Assembly (NCBI GenBank): GCA_003697105.1
Contig: RFFQ01000138.1
Span: forward strand, 1-59,166
Source of the DNA: Gemmatimonadota bacterium
GTDB lineage: Bacteria; 4572-55; J002
DNA: 59,166 nucleotides
Direction: 5' to 3'
Numbering within the stretch: position 1 is the first letter of the stretch; each line of letters starts with the position of its first letter. Positions 29,143-38,788 of this stretch are shown piece by piece. The notes beneath the pieces are model-generated. The model was not told the origin of the DNA. It searched no databases and saw nothing but the letters and a program-made list of their open reading frames with translations. A program made the position numbers and the translations under genes.

Positions 29143-30456
29143 TTATCCGGTGGTTTTGTTGTACAAGTGTTTCAACACATCCGTGCGAGTGATGATCCCG
29201 ACTAATTGGCCGGCATCTAGGACGGGGAGGCGTCCGATGTTATGCATGATCATCAGGGCTTCCGCTTTATCCAGCGTATCCTGCGGGGAAATCGTTTTGA
29301 TCTGTTTCGTCATAAACCCTTTCACGGGAGCATGCATCAATTGGTTGACTCGGGCTTTTTCCACATCCGTCTTGGAGATAATACCCACCAATTCTCCTTG
29401 ATCATTCGTGATCGGCAACCCGTGAATCTGGTTTTTTTCCATGAAATTTTCAACTTCCGAAATGGGTGTATCTATCGAGATACGAGAGACCGGAGAGGTC
29501 ATAATTTCCCCAACCGTAAGTGGGCTAACCGTCACTTTTTTGAGCTGCTGGTACAGCCGGGCTTTTAGGGCAGTCAACGTTCCTTTGGGGATTTGGGCGG
29601 ATGCCGCTCGGGCATGCCCGCCGCCCCCAAAGCCCGTCATCAGTTTACCCACATCGATATTATCGGTCTGACTTTTGGCGATGATGTAAACAATATCGCG
29701 TTGCTGGTCATAATAAAAACAAAAAACAGCATCCGCCTCTTCGATATCGGCTAACCGTTGTGTGACCAACGTCAGGTCATCGATATAATGTTCAATTTCA
29801 ACAGCCCCAATCATGATTTTGTTATTGTTGACTGAAAACTTAACGGCGGAACGAATCAAACGATAAAGTATTCGTTTTTGATCCTGCGTAAAAATGACTT
29901 TCAGGAAGCGTCGGATCGCCGTCACATCTGCGCCTTGGCGGAATAGATAAGCGACGGCTTCCACATCTTCGGCAGTGGTGCGGTTGTAGGTCAAGTTACC
30001 GGTGTCGGCATAAATTCCTAGCGCCATTGCCGTGGCTTCAATCGGAGTAAGCGGGATATTTTTTTCCTTCAGCAACTGGACTAGGATTGTGGTTGTGGCA
30101 CCGACGTTACGAATGATCGCTTCATTTGCTTGGATGGCATGTTCCGGGCGAGGATGGTGATCGTAAATAATAACATCGACATCCCTCTTTGTCAGGATCG
30201 GGGCTAAATTTTCCACGATGGAGAGCGTACTCGTATCCACCAAAATAATGCGGTGAATGCGATCCACGGGAATTCGCTGAATGGGTTGAAACCGGAATAT
30301 ATCGCGGTGTAAGGAAAGGAATTTTTTAACATTCGGTTGGAACGAGCGGAGTCGTACCGGAATGGCATCGGGGTAAAGCTTGTGGGCGGCAATCATCGAT
30401 GCCATTCCATCAAAGTCAATCTTTGTATGGGTGGTGATAATTTCCACAAGAAACAC
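29143..30456 (-). CDS. DHH/DHHA1 phosphoesterase with CBS pair (resembles the N-terminal half of multidomain A/CCA-adding enzymes)
   Basis: 'THTKIDFDG', 'LVDT', 'YDHH', 'GIYADTG', 'GGGGHARAAS', then two CBS domains ending 'GIITRTDVL'. Confidence 0.88.
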   Translation of the reverse strand: MFLVEIITTHTKIDFDGMASMIAAHKLYPDAIPVRLRSFQPNVKKFLSLHRDIFRFQPIQRIPVDRIHRIILVDTSTLSIVENLAPILTKRDVDVIIYDHHPRPEHAIQANEAIIRNVGATTTILVQLLKEKNIPLTPIEATAMALGIYADTGNLTYNRTTAEDVEAVAYLFRQGADVTAIRRFLKVIFTQDQKRILYRLIRSAVKFSVNNNKIMIGAVEIEHYIDDLTLVTQRLADIEEADAVFCFYYDQQRDIVYIIAKSQTDNIDVGKLMTGFGGGGHARAASAQIPKGTLTALKARLYQQLKKVTVSPLTVGEIMTSPVSRISIDTPISEVENFMEKNQIHGLPITNDQGELVGIISKTDVEKARVNQLMHAPVKGFMTKQIKTISPQDTLDKAEALMIMHNIGRLPVLDAGQLVGIITRTDVLKHLYNKTTG

Positions 30457-30504
30457 CTTTGAAGAAGGCTCTAAACAGACCTATGGTGAATATGGAAGGT
30501 GAGA

Positions 30505-30789
30505 TTATTCCTCTTGATGGGTTTTAATTAAAGATTTACTACATTTAAACTTGATCATTTTTGTAGCGGGGATATCCACCAACGTGCCTTTTTGAATATT
30601 CCGCCCTTTACGCTGGGGGGTATCTTTTACTTTAAACGTACCCAATCCGCGTAACTCAATGTCTTCAGCGTTGACAACCGATCGTTTCAAGACATCGATA
30701 ATGGCATCTACGGCTCGCTTTGCCTCGTACTTTTTCAGATTGCACTCTTCGGCAATGGCTTCTGCGATATCCTTTTTTGTTAGATTCAT
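30505..30789 (-). CDS. HU/IHF family DNA-binding protein
   Basis: 'IELRGLGTF...RKGRN..G..V.IPA...KFK'; RBS GGAGG before ATG 30789. Confidence 0.9.
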   Translation of the reverse strand: MNLTKKDIAEAIAEECNLKKYEAKRAVDAIIDVLKRSVVNAEDIELRGLGTFKVKDTPQRKGRNIQKGTLVDIPATKMIKFKCSKSLIKTHQEE

Positions 30790-30837
30790 TTTTTCCTCCA
30801 TAGCCAAATGTTTCCATAAAAATTAGTGTCGCCGGGT

Positions 30838-32052
30838 CTAATCTTCCGGCATTTGCGAAGAGAACGCATATAATTTCTGGTCATCGCACCCGAGATATAA
30901 CCGGTTTTGAATGATGACCGGTGATGCTTCAATGGGACCTCCTAATGTGATGGAATCCATAAGTTCCCCCCGCTGTCGATCCAGCACATATAAATGATGA
31001 TCGTAAGACCCAATGAACAGATGAGTTGCGGTTACTGCCGGGGAACTGGTGATAATCCCACCGGTTTGGAACGACCACAACAACATTCCTGTAAACCGGT
31101 TAAAGGCGTAAACCGCCCCATCATTACACCCAACGTAAAGTGCCTCGTCAAAAACCGTAGGTGTTGAAAATATCCGATCGCCCAAATCAACACGCCAGCG
31201 AAGTTCCCCGTTCTGGCGGGCTAATGCCCGAACCGTTTTATCATAACTGCTGATATAAATTAAGGAATCCGTCACAGCGGGGGCACTATAAATACTTCCC
31301 TCAGTTTCGTAGGACCAACGTAACATCCCGTCGGCAAGATTCAACACATACAATCGATTATCCAAAGAACCTACACAAACCAGATCACGATCGATGACCA
31401 CCGGTGCCCGAATGGCGTCATCTGCCTGAAATGTCCATTTTAAATCACCGGTTTGCGTGGTGAAACACGAAACTAGCCCATGTTCATCACCGGTTACAAC
31501 ACGCGAACCTCCAATTGCCGCACTGGATTGCACATCCGGCATCTCTACCCCCCATAAATGCTCGCCGGTTGCCGCATCAAGCGCATAAAATGTATTTTCA
31601 GGGGTCTGAATGCCAATATATACGATATTATCTTGGACAACGGGAGAACCGGTAATAATGCCGGCATACCGGTTGCGCCAAATCGTCTCACCGGTAAAGC
31701 GGTTCGTGGCATATATGAATCGACCCAGCGTTGCCCAGTAAATAACATCGCCAGCCACCGCCGGAGAGGAGATCACTTTACCCCCACCTTTGACAACCCA
31801 TGATATTTCTAATGGAGGTAGAAGCGTCGCCTCAATGCTACCCGTATGTGCTGGGTCACATTGAAAATTAGACCAAACACCGGGAGATACCTCCCCCGAG
31901 TTCGTTTGCGGGACCACCATCGGAGAAGGTAAAATGCGACATCCCACAATAAAAAGAGCCATGCAAATGAACCCGCAAAAAAAACACATCTGAGGTCTCA
32001 GATATGTTTTATCTCCAGTGATTATCTTTCGTATGTTGTTGCAAAATAACAT
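30838..32052 (-). CDS. PQQ-type beta-propeller lipoprotein (BamB-like)
   Basis: Repeated 'SSP.V....Y.G..D..LYA....G...W' blades; lipobox IVGC; true start probably downstream of 32052. Confidence 0.8.
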   Translation of the reverse strand: MLFCNNIRKIITGDKTYLRPQMCFFCGFICMALFIVGCRILPSPMVVPQTNSGEVSPGVWSNFQCDPAHTGSIEATLLPPLEISWVVKGGGKVISSPAVAGDVIYWATLGRFIYATNRFTGETIWRNRYAGIITGSPVVQDNIVYIGIQTPENTFYALDAATGEHLWGVEMPDVQSSAAIGGSRVVTGDEHGLVSCFTTQTGDLKWTFQADDAIRAPVVIDRDLVCVGSLDNRLYVLNLADGMLRWSYETEGSIYSAPAVTDSLIYISSYDKTVRALARQNGELRWRVDLGDRIFSTPTVFDEALYVGCNDGAVYAFNRFTGMLLWSFQTGGIITSSPAVTATHLFIGSYDHHLYVLDRQRGELMDSITLGGPIEASPVIIQNRLYLGCDDQKLYAFSSQMPED

Positions 32053-32153
32053 TTTTTGCAGATGTTGTCAATGAGATTTTTACCGTATCCAGTATCAAGG
32101 AAGTAATTTACATTCTAACAAAAAACTATACCTAAGCCAGAACACTACTTATT

Positions 32154-32909
32154 TTAAGGAGTATCTTTCCAAACTTTCCGCGCCCGAAGTTGTGCCTCGG
32201 CAGCTTGCACTTTTGCCCGATTATCAAGCCCCATCACTTCAAATGGATCCTCAATTTTGACCGCACGAATCGACTTTCCGGCTCGGGAAAAAATCTCGAT
32301 GGTATCGGTCAGATACATTTCACCTTGCTGATTTTGAGCATTGATGTGTTGGAGTGCCTCAAACAACTCTGGGGTCCGAAAGCAGATAATACCGGTATTG
32401 ATTTCGGTGATGGCCAGTTCCTCTGGGGAGGCATCGGCATGTTCTACAATTCGGGCAACATGACCATTCGGCAGGCGCACAATCCGCCCGTAGCGAGTCG
32501 GGTCGGGCATATCGACAGTTAAAATGGTCGCGGTGGCGTTTTCTTTTTGATGAACATCGACCAACCGGTGGAGGGTTTCGGGGCGAATAAATGGAACATC
32601 ACCATAAAGCACAACCGTATCGCCGGTAAACTGGCGCAATACCGGTTCTGCCTGCTGGACAGCATGACCCGTCCCATTTTGCGGCTCTTGCCGTACAAAT
32701 GTGGCAGATACCCCGGCAATTTCCGCCTGTACGACCTCGGCGCGATACCCGACCACGATTACGACCGGCTGAAACTGCAATTGCTTAACCGTCTCTAACA
32801 CATGGTGGATCATAGGCTTGCCGCCAACGGGTATCAGCACTTTTGGGAGGTCTGATTTCATACGGGTGCCTTTACCCGCCGCTAAAATTATGGTTGCAAC
32901 AGGTTTCAT
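32154..32909 (-). CDS. UDP-GlcNAc pyrophosphorylase, uridyltransferase domain only (GlmU N-terminal-like)
   Basis: 'LAAGKGTRMKS.LPKVL', 'GTGHAV', 'YGDVP', 'EINTG', 'YLTD'; ends before any hexapeptide acetyltransferase domain. Confidence 0.85.
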   Translation of the reverse strand: MKPVATIILAAGKGTRMKSDLPKVLIPVGGKPMIHHVLETVKQLQFQPVVIVVGYRAEVVQAEIAGVSATFVRQEPQNGTGHAVQQAEPVLRQFTGDTVVLYGDVPFIRPETLHRLVDVHQKENATATILTVDMPDPTRYGRIVRLPNGHVARIVEHADASPEELAITEINTGIICFRTPELFEALQHINAQNQQGEMYLTDTIEIFSRAGKSIRAVKIEDPFEVMGLDNRAKVQAAEAQLRARKVWKDTP

Positions 32910-32918
32910 CGTTTATTC

Positions 32919-34070
32919 CTAGAATTTGAGTTGGGTCAAAACGGATTCCAAGCGATCCAAATCATCGCCGTTGTTGAAAAAATGGGGCGAAAACCGGAGA
33001 TGACCATCTCGCAGGGAAATATCCACTTGATGGTCACGGAATTGGTGATAGATAGCTGTCGTATCCCCGGGGGCGGCAACCCGTAAAATTTGGGATCGTT
33101 CATGGGCGGCACGGGGTCCGGCATAGCGGAATCCGTAGGATTCCAACAACGATATTAATTCATGAGTATAGTCCGAGAGGTAGGCTTCAATGTGAGGAAC
33201 ACCTAACGGCAGAAAATAATCGTGCAAAATGGTCTCAAATGCGGCGATAGCAGTATGGGGGAGTGTTCCAACTTCGTAGCGACTGGCATCTGGGCGTAGT
33301 TGGCGGTCTAAAGATCGAAAATCGGTAAAATCTCCCCAATCATAGGCGAGCCACCCCACAAATTGGGGATGGATTTGGGAAAATGCTTCTCGCCGGATAT
33401 AGGCAAAACCGATTCCAAACGGCGTCAACAGCCATTTGGGTCCGCCGCACGTGAGCAGATCAATCTGTGCCGCCCGGACGTTCAATTCTTTAACCCCGAT
33501 ACCCTGAATACCATCCACCACAAACAGGATATTTCGCCGGTGACATTCCGCCCCAATTCGTGCCACATCCATGCAATAACCGGTGGCATAGTCCACAAAA
33601 CTGACTGAGACCACCCGTGTTTGAGGGGTGATCGCGTTTAGAATATCATCCGTCGTGCAATGCTGGAACGTACCCGCAAACTGAATCTCAAATTCATGAC
33701 GGCGGGCATGTTCCAACCACGGGTAGATGTTGCAAGGGAAATCATTTTTAGGCAGAACAACCGTATCCGTGGGTTGCAAATCGATCCCATTCAGCGCAAT
33801 GTTGATTCCCACGGAAGTATTGGGGATAATCGCAATTTCATCCGGTTGGGCGTGGATCAGTTGGGCAAGGTGAGTTTTGAGGTGGAGATAATGTTCTTCC
33901 AAAATCTGGATACGGGGCAGAACCGCATCAATCAGATTCTCCTGATAAAACTGTTGCAATCGCCGATATGCTCCTAGCGGTAACGGGGATTTTGCCCCAC
34001 AATTAAAAAATACGGTCTGTTCGGTCAGTGGGAATTGGTCCCGGAAATGACCGGTCAATGAGGTTCTCAT
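32919..34070 (-). CDS. Class V PLP-dependent aminotransferase / cysteine desulfurase-like
   Basis: 'VDGIQGIG', 'GPKWL..P.G.G', 'RYEVGT', 'RFSPHFFN'; likely start MRTS at 34070. Confidence 0.85.
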   Translation of the reverse strand: MRTSLTGHFRDQFPLTEQTVFFNCGAKSPLPLGAYRRLQQFYQENLIDAVLPRIQILEEHYLHLKTHLAQLIHAQPDEIAIIPNTSVGINIALNGIDLQPTDTVVLPKNDFPCNIYPWLEHARRHEFEIQFAGTFQHCTTDDILNAITPQTRVVSVSFVDYATGYCMDVARIGAECHRRNILFVVDGIQGIGVKELNVRAAQIDLLTCGGPKWLLTPFGIGFAYIRREAFSQIHPQFVGWLAYDWGDFTDFRSLDRQLRPDASRYEVGTLPHTAIAAFETILHDYFLPLGVPHIEAYLSDYTHELISLLESYGFRYAGPRAAHERSQILRVAAPGDTTAIYHQFRDHQVDISLRDGHLRFSPHFFNNGDDLDRLESVLTQLKF

Positions 34071-34077
34071 AAACCGG

Positions 34078-34479
34078 CTATTCCTCTTCATCGTCACCCA
34101 AGTGCACATCTTCTGCCGCACCCAAGCGTCCATCTTCTGCCATTTGTTGTAAAATAGCTTCGGCTTTACTGACATCTTCTGGGGCAACGAGTACCCGCAC
34201 AATGCTGAAACCGCCGATGGTGGTGACCAACCAATGATCGCGCTGGGAATACATTGTGGCTTCGATCCCCTCTTCCGCGAGAGCTTCGATGACAAATCCA
34301 GCTTCAATTTCCGTACGTGCCAAATATACTGCTACTTGACCTTCAATTAGGGGGTATTCTCCTTTATACAGCACTCGAATATCCACTTCGACTTCTTGAC
34401 CGTCCCTCAGATTTAGGTCTTGATCGAGTTCAATGATGTTACCACTTCGGTATGTGCCACGTACTTTTAATTTCGGCAT
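34078..34479 (-). CDS. Fusion of AF2212/DUF104-like antitoxin module and DUF2007-like domain
   Basis: N-term 'VRGTY..G.I.L...L.L.DG.EV.V.I'; C-term 'EA..I..AL.EEGI....VRVLV.PED...AE.IL'; RBS GAGGAG. Confidence 0.55.
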   Translation of the reverse strand: MPKLKVRGTYRSGNIIELDQDLNLRDGQEVEVDIRVLYKGEYPLIEGQVAVYLARTEIEAGFVIEALAEEGIEATMYSQRDHWLVTTIGGFSIVRVLVAPEDVSKAEAILQQMAEDGRLGAAEDVHLGDDEEE

Positions 34480-34578
34480 GATAATATCTCCTCAAAAGGG
34501 TGAAAACAGAGGCTATCTAAATGATATTCAGCAGATTAGCATAAATGGACAGGGTTTGTCAAGCGCAAACGTTCCCGC

Positions 34579-34716
34579 CCAGCCCTGAAGAATACCTATG
34601 AAACGTGTGCTATATTAAGTGTTTCACGCAGGTATGAAAAAAATGTTTTCGCGCTATTTTGATCTTTTGCCCTTAATATAAGCGATTTCGGGTCAAATAG
34701 TATTCTTCAGGGCAGG
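34579..34716. mobile_element. 138-bp MITE-like element
   Basis: 17-bp terminal inverted repeats with 1 mismatch (CCAGCCCTGAAGAATAC / GTATTCTTCAGGGCAGG), flanked by the direct repeat TTCCCGC (34572-34578, 34717-34723); no ORF. Confidence 0.7.
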
Positions 34717-34879
34717 TTCCCGCTATTGGAATTAAAACCGCTTTCATCTGCCAGGGAGTACAGAATACGACAAAATACCCGCCAAAGGCTAAAAAACTCT
34801 TGCTGAATAGTAAAATCCAGTTTAAGTTAAGTTTTATAGTATGCTACTCGTTTTGTCACTCTTGAGATGTGATAGTACG

Positions 34880-36019
34880 ATGAAAACAATTCTTGCCATA
34901 GAAGATGAATACGCCATTCGGGAAGCGATAAAAAGTGTCCTTTCCTATGAAGGATTTGATGTTATCAGTGCCCGGAATGGCTTGGAAGGGGTTGAACTTG
35001 CCAAAAAATACCTACCGGATTTGATTTTATGCGACATCATGATGCCGGGTTTAGACGGGTATGAAGTCATTGCGGAACTCCAGAAATTTCAGGCAACGGC
35101 TACTATCCCTTTTGTTTTTTTGACAGCGAGAGTCGATAAAACAGACCTCCGGCGCGGAATGGAATTAGGCGCAGATGATTATCTGATGAAACCGTTTCGG
35201 GCAGATGAGCTTCTCGCAGCAGTCCGCACGCGTTTAGAAAAGAAAGAGACCTTGATCCAAAATGGCGAGCGCAAACTAAAAACGTTGCGCGGGAACATCA
35301 TCCATGCGTTACCCCACGAGCTCCGCACGCCTTTGACCTCAATTTTGGGATTCTCCAATTTGCTGGTTGAAAACAGTGAGATGCTCGAACCGAGTCAAAT
35401 CAAAGAGATGTCAAAGTCGATCCGCAATGCCGCCCGAAATCTGGAACGGCTTATTCAAAACTTCCTGACCTATGCCCAAATTGAATTGACTTTGGAAGAT
35501 GAAGCTAAACTTACCTACTTGCGAAACCAATATATTGAAAATCCGGTACTAACTATTACAGAACCGTGCCAGCAAAAAGCCGTCGAATTTGGTCGAGGAG
35601 ATGACCTGACACTGGATATTGAGCATGTACCTATCTGGATCGCCAGTAGTGATCTAAAAAAAGTAATATGGGAACTCATGGATAATGCGTTTAAGTTCTC
35701 TACCGCAGGAACACCCATTGTAGTGACCGCTAAATTGGAAACAGGGAATGAGAAGCCCGCCCCAACAGAGCCTAAATATGTAATTGAAATCACAAACCGG
35801 GGACGGGGAATGACGCCGGATCAAATTGCTAATATTGGCGCCTACATGCAATTTGAACGCGCCTTCTACGAGCAAAAGGGGCAAGGAATGGGGCTAATCA
35901 TCGCCAAACGCTTAATCGAATTGCATGAAGGAACATTGCGAATTTTCAGTGTTCCAGAATCGGAAACAACCGTGCAAATCAAATTAAACCCAAAATTGAA
36001 GGACAAAAGCACTTGCTAA
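34880..36019 (+). CDS. Response regulator-histidine kinase hybrid (REC-HisKA-HATPase)
   Basis: 'CDIMMPGLDG', 'KPF', 'HELRTPL', 'DNAFKFS', 'G.GMGL'; likely start MKTIL at 34880. Confidence 0.92.
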   Translation: MKTILAIEDEYAIREAIKSVLSYEGFDVISARNGLEGVELAKKYLPDLILCDIMMPGLDGYEVIAELQKFQATATIPFVFLTARVDKTDLRRGMELGADDYLMKPFRADELLAAVRTRLEKKETLIQNGERKLKTLRGNIIHALPHELRTPLTSILGFSNLLVENSEMLEPSQIKEMSKSIRNAARNLERLIQNFLTYAQIELTLEDEAKLTYLRNQYIENPVLTITEPCQQKAVEFGRGDDLTLDIEHVPIWIASSDLKKVIWELMDNAFKFSTAGTPIVVTAKLETGNEKPAPTEPKYVIEITNRGRGMTPDQIANIGAYMQFERAFYEQKGQGMGLIIAKRLIELHEGTLRIFSVPESETTVQIKLNPKLKDKSTC

Positions 36020-36053
36020 GCGGTATGAAACAGCCCAGGTCCCCCCAACAGAA

Positions 36054-36091
36054 GAAACCCCCCTTTCAGATGCGGCTGAAGGGGGGGTTTC
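36054..36091. terminator. Bidirectional intrinsic terminator
   Basis: GAAACCCCCCTTTCAG-N6-CTGAAGGGGGGGTTTC between convergent genes. Confidence 0.75.
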
Positions 36092-36112
36092 ATGTTGGAA
36101 TGGCAAATATGT

Positions 36113-37408
36113 TTAAATATAATTGCATGATTGGGCATATTCCAACAGTTCATCCCGAAAATCAGGATGAGCGATTTCTACCAGCGCATTCACCCGTTCT
36201 CGGATGCTTTTGCCATGCAAATAGGCAATTCCAAACTCGGTAACAATGTAATGGACATCCCCTCGAGAAGTCACCACGCCAGCTCCCGGTTTGAGTTTAG
36301 GGACAATCCGGGAAACAGTGCCATTTTTGGCGGTTGAGGGCAAGGCAATAATCGGTTTACCCCCTTTCGAGCGAGCGGCGCCCCGAATAAAATCCACCTG
36401 ACCGCCAATACCGCTGTAAAACCGGCATCCCATTGAATCCGCGCATACCTGACCGGTAATATCCACCTCAATAGCAGAGTTGATCGCAACCATTTTATGA
36501 TTTTGACTTATGATAAACGGGTCATTGACATACTGGGTGGGGTGCATTTCAATAATAGGATTATCATCAATATAATCATAAACACGTTTGGTTCCCAGCA
36601 CAAACCCAGCAACAATTTTGCCCGGGTGTAATGTCTTTTTTTCATTATTTATAATGCCATTATCCACTAGATCAATCACACCATCAGAGAACATCTCCGA
36701 ATGAACCCCTAAATCTTTTTTATCGTTCAAATAGAGCAAAACCCCATCGGGGATACCACCGATGCCCATCTGCAAGGTTGAGCCATCTTCGATTAGGGAA
36801 GCTACATTTTGCCCGATTTTCTTTTGCAGTTCGGAAGGTTGCCCTTGAGGCAGTTCGGAAAGCGGGCTTGATGTTTCCACACAATAATGAATTTTACTGA
36901 CATGAATAAAGCTATCCCCGTGACAACGAGGCATCTGATCATTAATTTCGGCAATAATAACTTTTGCGGACTGAGCGGCGGGCATTGTGACCCCGACTTC
37001 AATCCCAAAACAACAAAACCCGTGTTCATCTGGAGGCGAAACGTTTATGAGTGCCACATCAATGGGCAAATGTCCTTCCAGAAATAAGCTAGGAACTTCA
37101 CTTAGGAAAATTGGAACATAATCGGAGCGTCCTTCTTGCACCGCCTTACGCACGTTCCCCCCGATAAATAAATTCCGAACATGAAAGCTATCGGCATATT
37201 TTTCACTGACATAGTCTGCTTCTCCGACAGTTAAAATATGCACAATTTCCACATCGTTAAGTTCCGGAGCTCGCTGTGTCAGGGCATCTACCAACACATG
37301 GGGCATGGCACAGCCCGCTCCGACATAGACACGTTGCCCGGATTTAATCACTTGAACCGCTTCTTCCGCCGTTACTCGTCGCTCTTGATAGCGTTGATAC
37401 CATCCCAT
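36113..37408 (-). CDS. Acetyl-CoA hydrolase/transferase family (4-hydroxybutyrate CoA-transferase-like)
   Basis: 'LQMGIG.IP', 'HSEM', 'SGIGGQVDF', 'VTEFG.A.L.GK'; start MGWY at 37408 with AAGGAGG. Confidence 0.9.
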   Translation of the reverse strand: MGWYQRYQERRVTAEEAVQVIKSGQRVYVGAGCAMPHVLVDALTQRAPELNDVEIVHILTVGEADYVSEKYADSFHVRNLFIGGNVRKAVQEGRSDYVPIFLSEVPSLFLEGHLPIDVALINVSPPDEHGFCCFGIEVGVTMPAAQSAKVIIAEINDQMPRCHGDSFIHVSKIHYCVETSSPLSELPQGQPSELQKKIGQNVASLIEDGSTLQMGIGGIPDGVLLYLNDKKDLGVHSEMFSDGVIDLVDNGIINNEKKTLHPGKIVAGFVLGTKRVYDYIDDNPIIEMHPTQYVNDPFIISQNHKMVAINSAIEVDITGQVCADSMGCRFYSGIGGQVDFIRGAARSKGGKPIIALPSTAKNGTVSRIVPKLKPGAGVVTSRGDVHYIVTEFGIAYLHGKSIRERVNALVEIAHPDFRDELLEYAQSCNYI

Positions 37409-37422
37409 ATCGACCTCCTTCT

Positions 37423-38538
37423 TTAGCGCAAAACATCTGTCAGCGGTTGGTAAGAAACATTTATGGCTTTTGCCATACTTTCGTTGGTGGCATAACCTTG
37501 GTAGGTAAAAACACAATTTGCAAAATAGGGTACTTGCGCAATGACATCCCCCAAACCACAGTCTGCTAATGCCACAACGAATGGGAGCAACGCATTGTTT
37601 AAGGCATGTGTCGCCGTTCGTGCCACCACGGACGGAATATTCGGTACACAGAAATGGATCACATCATGTTTGACATACGTCGGCTCTTCCCACGACGTGG
37701 GGCGGCTTGTTTCAGAACATCCGCCTTGATCGATAGCGACATCCACAAAAACAGATTTGGGTTTCATGGATTTAATCATCTCTTCAGTGAGGACTAACGG
37801 CGCGCGCTGTCCTCGCCGCAAAACAGCACCGATCAGAATGTTCGCAAACTGGACACTTTTACCAATGGTCACGGGGTTCGCATAACTGGTGGTCACCCGA
37901 TGTTGGGTTAGGGCTTCTAATTTCCGCAACTTTTCAACATCGTTATCCAGAACAATCACTTGCGCCGCGTGCATGGCTTTTAAAGCGGCATGTTGTCCGA
38001 CGACACCAGCACCTAAAATTACGACAATCGCCCGAGGAACACCAGCAACACCGTCTAGCAAAATCCCACGACCACCGTAATTATTTTGTAAATATTGCGC
38101 CCCAATTTGAATGCTCAGTGCCCCCGCAATTTCGCTCATTGCATTTAGAATCGGAAAATTTCCATCCTGATCCTGTAATAGTTCGTAACCAAACGTGGTT
38201 ACGTTTTTATCTAACAACCCTTTAACTAACTCTTTTGGTGCAATGGAAAGGTGCATGGCAGACCCGATCATCTGCCCGTCACGAATAAATTCCAAATCTG
38301 GCACCGTCAATGGGGAAATTTTGAGGAGGATATCCGAACGTCTGAAGATTTCCTCTTTGGAGTACACGATTTTCGCACCGGCGGCAATATACTGATCATT
38401 CAGGAAGCCACTTTGTAAGCCGGCATCTTTTTCGACATATACTTCGTGCCCATGCGAGGTCAATACTTGAACTCCCGTTGGTGTCAACGGAACGCGGGCT
38501 TCATGGTGGTGATGCTCCTTAGCAAGTCCAATAATCAT
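37423..38538 (-). CDS. ald: Alanine dehydrogenase
   Basis: 'KE....EARV.LTP', 'MSEIAG', 'GAGVVG', 'DVAIDQGGC.ET', 'VPNIP'. Confidence 0.88.
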   Translation of the reverse strand: MIIGLAKEHHHHEARVPLTPTGVQVLTSHGHEVYVEKDAGLQSGFLNDQYIAAGAKIVYSKEEIFRRSDILLKISPLTVPDLEFIRDGQMIGSAMHLSIAPKELVKGLLDKNVTTFGYELLQDQDGNFPILNAMSEIAGALSIQIGAQYLQNNYGGRGILLDGVAGVPRAIVVILGAGVVGQHAALKAMHAAQVIVLDNDVEKLRKLEALTQHRVTTSYANPVTIGKSVQFANILIGAVLRRGQRAPLVLTEEMIKSMKPKSVFVDVAIDQGGCSETSRPTSWEEPTYVKHDVIHFCVPNIPSVVARTATHALNNALLPFVVALADCGLGDVIAQVPYFANCVFTYQGYATNESMAKAINVSYQPLTDVLR

Positions 38539-38598
38539 TCGTCGGCTCCTTTCACAAAATACAAATCGCCTTTAAAATAGAGTGAAATACTATCTGGG

Positions 38599-38627
38599 AG
38601 TTTAGCTTAACTTTTGGTTTCTGTCAA
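38599..38627 (-). promoter_or_regulatory. sigma70 promoter of ald
   Basis: TTGACA-N17-TAAACT on the minus strand. Confidence 0.6.
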
Positions 38628-38751
38628 GTATAAATGATAAAAAAGTCTTTTTTTCTAGGCAGGAGAACCACACCGTTTGTGAGGCTCTCAAAAACAGGTT
38701 ATATCAGGGATGGGACAATGTTTGAAAAGAGACGCTTGGGTAGGTTCACTC

Positions 38752-38788
38752 AAAAAAAAACACCAACGTTGGTGGTTTGCGTTGGTGT
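38752..38788 (-). terminator. Intrinsic terminator (minus strand)
   Basis: ACACCAACG..CGTTGGTGT stem followed by a U-run (A-run at 38752-38760 on +). Confidence 0.7.

Noticed and set aside
32919-34307. Long N-terminal extensions in the ORF track (also 22402, 37516, 56124, 54001)
   Set aside because: They overlap neighbouring genes or lack an RBS; downstream ATGs fit family N-termini better.
34579-34716. 6S RNA
   Set aside because: Rod-like but short, and the flanking 7-bp direct repeat with terminal inverted repeats fits an insertion better.
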